64,000 nucleotides of DNA from Oikopleura dioica (Eukaryota; Animalia; Chordata), in contig OU015566.1 in assembly GCA_907165135.1 (NCBI GenBank), forward strand, positions 4,898,001 through 4,962,000. The letters are read 5' to 3'. The notes beneath the pieces are model-generated. The model ran no database searches and had not been told where the DNA came from. It was given only the letters and a program-made list of their open reading frames with translations. Positions 59,568 to 64,000 of the stretch are shown piece after piece (the first letter of the stretch is position 1; each line of letters opens with the position of its first letter). The position numbers were made by a program, and so were the translations under genes.

Positions 59568-62115
59568 TTAAGCAAGAGGATTGGTAATGCCGCCAATAGT
59601 GGCTTCATTTCTCTTCGTGTAGAAAAAGTATCCTCCGGCAACAGCAGCAATGACGAAGACGGTGACGCCGACAGCAGCGCCTGCGGCCATGCCAACGTCG
59701 ACCGGAGGCTTCGGTTGGAAGCAGTTGTTGCCCATGCCCGAGTCGATTGTTGGGTCGAAACAGCATCCGAATTCTAGCATGCACTCTGTCTCCGAAATGC
59801 CGACGAATCCACAAGACTTGATTTTACTCGAAATCGCGGCAGTGCAAAACTCGGTCGGAGCGACCTTTTGCAGAGGAACGGTTTCGTTTCTCGACACGGC
59901 GAGTCCTTCCAAGTGCCAATCTCGTCCATGGCCACGCAATCTTCCGGCTCTTGCCAATCATTCGGCTCCCCATTTTCCCAGTTAAAGTAGCTGGCGCCAG
60001 TTCCATCGTCCCACTGCCAGCCGAAAGCGCCTTTGTACTGCATTCCGATCCACATCGAGTTTTCGGCGTGGGCGATTTTCGTGAACTGGTCTTTTATGAT
60101 TCTGTTGTAGCCGGAGGAGTGGATGCTGCCAAGATTGCCGCCTTGGATTTTGCATTGCATGGCGGCTTGTGAATACGGCTGCGCCTCGCTGTAGATTCTT
60201 GTGCAGTGGTGACCAAGGAGGCTCCAGCCATCGGGGCATTCCTGAGGCTTTCCGAGCTTTGCATCGATGTCTTCGTATGAATTGAGCGGGACCTCGTAGA
60301 ACTCACTTTTGCAAATAAACGCTTTTTGCTCGGAACAGCCGGAGGTCTTGTACATTTTCGTCTCCGAGTCCAAAAACGCGCAGGGCTGATTTCCAGAGTC
60401 TCCAGCCCAATCTTGACGCGTCAGTGGAACTCCGTCGATCCATTCGAATCTGTCGCTTCCTTGTCGATCACTGAAAAGAGCGGTTTGAAAGGAAACAAGC
60501 TTCTTGAGCTTACTTTTTCTTGAGACCGATCCAGATTCCATCTGGCAGATCTGTTGGCTTTCGCTGCGGGAGTTGATCGTCCCGGAAGAAGGATTTGGCA
60601 AACTCGACTTCGTACTCGTCCCACATCGTCATCAAATAGGTTGCTTTGGCTGCGGACTCGCCATTTTCGGAGCAAAATTTGTTTGCATCGTCGAAGGGTT
60701 TTCGGTCAGTGAATAACTAAAAACCATAAAGAGGGAAAATTTTTAATAGAAAACCTTGTAGCAAGCAGAATGGTAAGGAATCCAACCCGGCCCGCATTTC
60801 ACATCGGGCAGCGAAATCCAAGTCGGGTACTGCGACTGATAGCTAGAACTCTGTTCGTGCGAACAAACCCACGGGTGAGGATCGCCAAAATTGCCAGCGG
60901 TTGAGTAAGTGCCGCAGTAGACGTTGTTCCATTGGCCGACTCGGAAAGCATCGTGGAAATTCGCGTCGTTTCGCCAGGACATGACGACGCATTTGTCTTG
61001 GGTGGATTGGGCGTGATTGGGCTTTCCCGGAACCCAGTTGTCGTATTTTAGGCGGTCTTCGTTGATGAGACTAAAATAAGTATTCGTTTGCGGGATCAAA
61101 GAGGAGAGCGAATACCTGAAGTAATAATCATAATAAGCATGATTGTAAACTCCAATAAACGGATCCGCCCCGAAAAACCACGGCCCAAGAAGCGATGCAA
61201 CCAACGAATTGTGCTCTTCTGTCGGAAGCATGGCCAAATCAGCTCCTTCCCAGTCCTCGTTGCATTTTGCTCGCGCATCATTCCACTTCAAAAATCCAGC
61301 CGGGTCGAAACCTGATCCGCCATCGACCCGAAAACCGTCGAATTTGTAGCAGTACCCGCCGAATGGATACCAGCCAGGTTTGCAACCTCCCTTGGCGGGG
61401 AGACCATTGTCTGGCTCAGGATCCCAAGGTTGTTTTCCATCGACTTCGAATTGGCAAAGATCGGAGTAGATACCCGTGCAAGTCATGTCCATCCACGTTC
61501 CGTTGTAAACAGCACCATTACTCGAATAGCTTGATTTTTATTTCGGGAATTTTCGACAGATACTTACTAAAATCGAGCACAATCGTAGGAGTTCGTATTC
61601 GGCTCCGTTCCGTACCAATTCGTGTAAGTGATTGGACTACCGTCGGACCAGTACCACTCACAGTTTTGACATGTTTTTCGAAGCCCGATTCGTGGATAGT
61701 AATAGACGTTTGCTCCGTCCATGAGCGCGATGATCATCTGGCGAATGACTTCGTTTTCTTCAGGCGATCTTATTGAGAGCATATTTCCACCCTTTAATTT
61801 CAGTCAACAATTTTTCAGAGATAAATGCCAAAAAAAGCTTCTCTTAGGAAACGTGAAATTTACCTCGACTTCAGTTCCGTTGATTGTAAATTTGAGTCCA
61901 GAGCAAAAAGCGTTCGATTCCGGCCATTCTCCCCTCGTTTTCATCAAATACGCGCATTTTTTCGACCGTCCATTTGTTCCATCGTTGACCAAAACGCCGC
62001 AATTGAGCTTTGTCTCGTAAGAAGTTCCAGCCGGGTTCGGGCAGTTCACATTATCGCATTGAATCTGAGCCCAGCCAAGACGGAGAAAAGCTGATGCTAA
62101 CCAAAAGGATAGCAT
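59568..62115 (-). CDS. 4xCTLD + trefoil + TM receptor, copy 2 (inverted paralog; 1-nt frameshift at ~59866; extra intron 61792-61863)
   Basis: Collinear with 27187-29668; similarity extends upstream to ~62282 (vs ~27027). Confidence 0.88.
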
Positions 62116-63130
62116 CGCGGTGAAATCTCTTTGAATGAACCGGCAGAATGGGAAAAAGTGTGAAGAAAAGTTTTGCAATTTTATTTTATTTTCGCACTGA
62201 GGAATGAAGAAAAATGCTCGTCGATTGCGATTTTATATGTGAAGTTTTATTTACCTCGCGAGAAGTTGAGAAATTCGCGAGATTCTGTACATTCTCTTTT
62301 TATTCATTTCATTGTTAAAATATCAGACACGAAAACTCTCCGAATTGACAGTAAACAGAACCGGGTAAGAATTTTCAGCTTCATGATGATAAATAAACAA
62401 TCGGGAAAAAACCAAGAAAAGACTCCAGTTCTGCGATTCTTTGAAGTCAAACTAAGAAGAAATTGCTTATTCCATTCATCTTTGACTTCAAGAAAATCGA
62501 AACACATAAAATCGGCGCTTTCGAAAAATCATCAAATCGAAAAATTTTCATAAAGAAGTACTTCGGAAACAATCTTCTAGAACCATGTTTAATGATATTT
62601 GTTATTATTCCATACCAATTTCAAGTGTAAAATTTTGATGTTTTTTCGATAAGAAATATACAATCCCCGCTGGCTTTTTTGAAGACAAAAACGATTCTTC
62701 AAGAGTTTATCTGCTTATTTTGACTTCAGTTAAATAAAGATCAGTTGCAAATTGAAACTTTCAAATCGACGACCTGTATTGAAGTTCTAAGTCAAGGTCT
62801 GGAAGATCTCTTATGAAAAGCTGTTCTAGAAACGATTCCGTAAAAATTATTTTTCAATCAATAAGCAAATTCTTGCGAAGCCGCTTTACGGCATCATTTT
62901 TGGCTCTAGAATCGTAACTTGAAGTGATTTTCGTAAAACTAAGACGGTCAAATTTTTTCTAGATTTTCTCCACTCATTCAATATATGCATGGTGTTCTAG
63001 GTCTTAAAATGAGGAAGTGGGTGAAAAAAATTTATAAGCTCTATTTTTAGAGCTTAGACACCTTCGTCGAAAATCTTCAACAAGAACCAAAGTAAAGAAT
63101 GAATAGGAGAATCAGTGAGAACCTAAAAAT

Positions 63131-63760
63131 ACGGTTACACGACGTTTTCAGCAACCGACGTTTTCAGCATACCGACGTTTTCAGCACTGCTGAATTCGTC
63201 GGTTTGCTGAAACGTCGGTTTGCTGAATTCGTTGTTTTTCACCTGGAAACGCGTGGGTGTTTACCGGGACGAAATTTTCAAACCAATTCGATCTAAAGGC
63301 GACGTTCTCGCAATTTACTTGGCTAATTAAAAGTTTAAAAGCATTTCTAAATGAGTCATTAAGAATGCATTATTTAGAAAAAGAATAAGAATTAGCTAAA
63401 TAACTTCTTAATTCATAATTATCATAATAATCATTAGTCACTCTTAGTCACCAGTAAGTTAAGAGTATTAACGTATTATCCAGTTTAGTGAATCTATTTT
63501 TAAAACATTGAAAATAATGATTAATCAATATTGAAAAAGATAAAAATGGTAATATTATTAAATATAATCTTTTGTTACTCATTCATTAATATAGCATAGA
63601 TTTTATGTTATTTTATGGTTACACGACGTTTTCAGCATACCGACGTTTTCAGCAACCGACGTTTTCAGCATAACGACGTTTTCAGCGCTGCTGAATTCGT
63701 CGGTTTGCTGAAAACGTCGGTTTGCTGAATTCGTCGGTTTTCACCTGACAACGCGTGGGC
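63131..63760. repeat. Two ~130-145 bp direct repeats built of CGACGTTTTCAGC units and their inverses, flanking an AT-rich spacer
   Basis: Copies at 63131-63260 and 63617-63760, both starting GGTTACACGACGTTTTCAGC. Confidence 0.85.
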
Positions 63761-64000
63761 GTTTAGAGAGGCAATCATTTTATCAAACTCCATCAGAAAA
63801 CGATATTTCCGAAATTCGTAAAATAACATAAAATCGATGTAATATTAATGAATCATTTACAAAAGATTACATTTAATAAAAAGTATTCTTTTTATCTTTT
63901 TCAATATTGATCTATCATTATTTTCATTGTTTTAAAAACAGATTCACGAAACTTGATAATTCGTTTATACTGTCAACTTTCTGGTGACTTATAGTTGCTT

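Noticed and set aside
231-63296. Most short ORFs in the supplied track
   Set aside because: They are antisense or alternate-frame shadows of spliced genes, or low-complexity ORFs in repeats and AT-rich DNA.
63131-63760. CRISPR-like appearance of the repeats here and at 36225-36415
   Set aside because: No unique spacers of regular length, no cas genes, eukaryotic context.

Overview
Compact, intron-rich eukaryotic DNA with many ~40-50 nt, often A-rich introns. Intron style and gene families point to an appendicularian tunicate such as Oikopleura (inference). Genes recognised: partial ppGalNAc-transferase; two tandem cytosolic-type sulfotransferases, one hit by a hAT MITE; an HP1/CBX gene; an SLC17 transporter plus three fragments; a CUB-MAM-sushi-mucin-GPI protein; an NADPH-dependent FMN reductase; a ZP-domain protein; two inverted paralogs of a 4xC-type-lectin + trefoil membrane receptor; a delta2-type protocadherin; and a short BAG6-like UBL protein. 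The structurally striking elements are three. (i) A 3.3-kb near-perfect foldback palindrome with a 9-bp TSD splits the exon of a small Cys-rich TM orphan gene and carries mirrored nested transposons. (ii) The 57.4-62.3 kb block is an inverted patchwork of pieces from the 5, 13-15, 27-30 and 35 kb loci. (iii) A precise intron presence/absence difference separates the lectin paralogs. MITEs of several superfamily types are dense. Several frameshifts are single-base losses in homopolymers and may be assembly errors. No tRNA, rRNA or CRISPR was seen. Exon boundaries were read by eye and are approximate.
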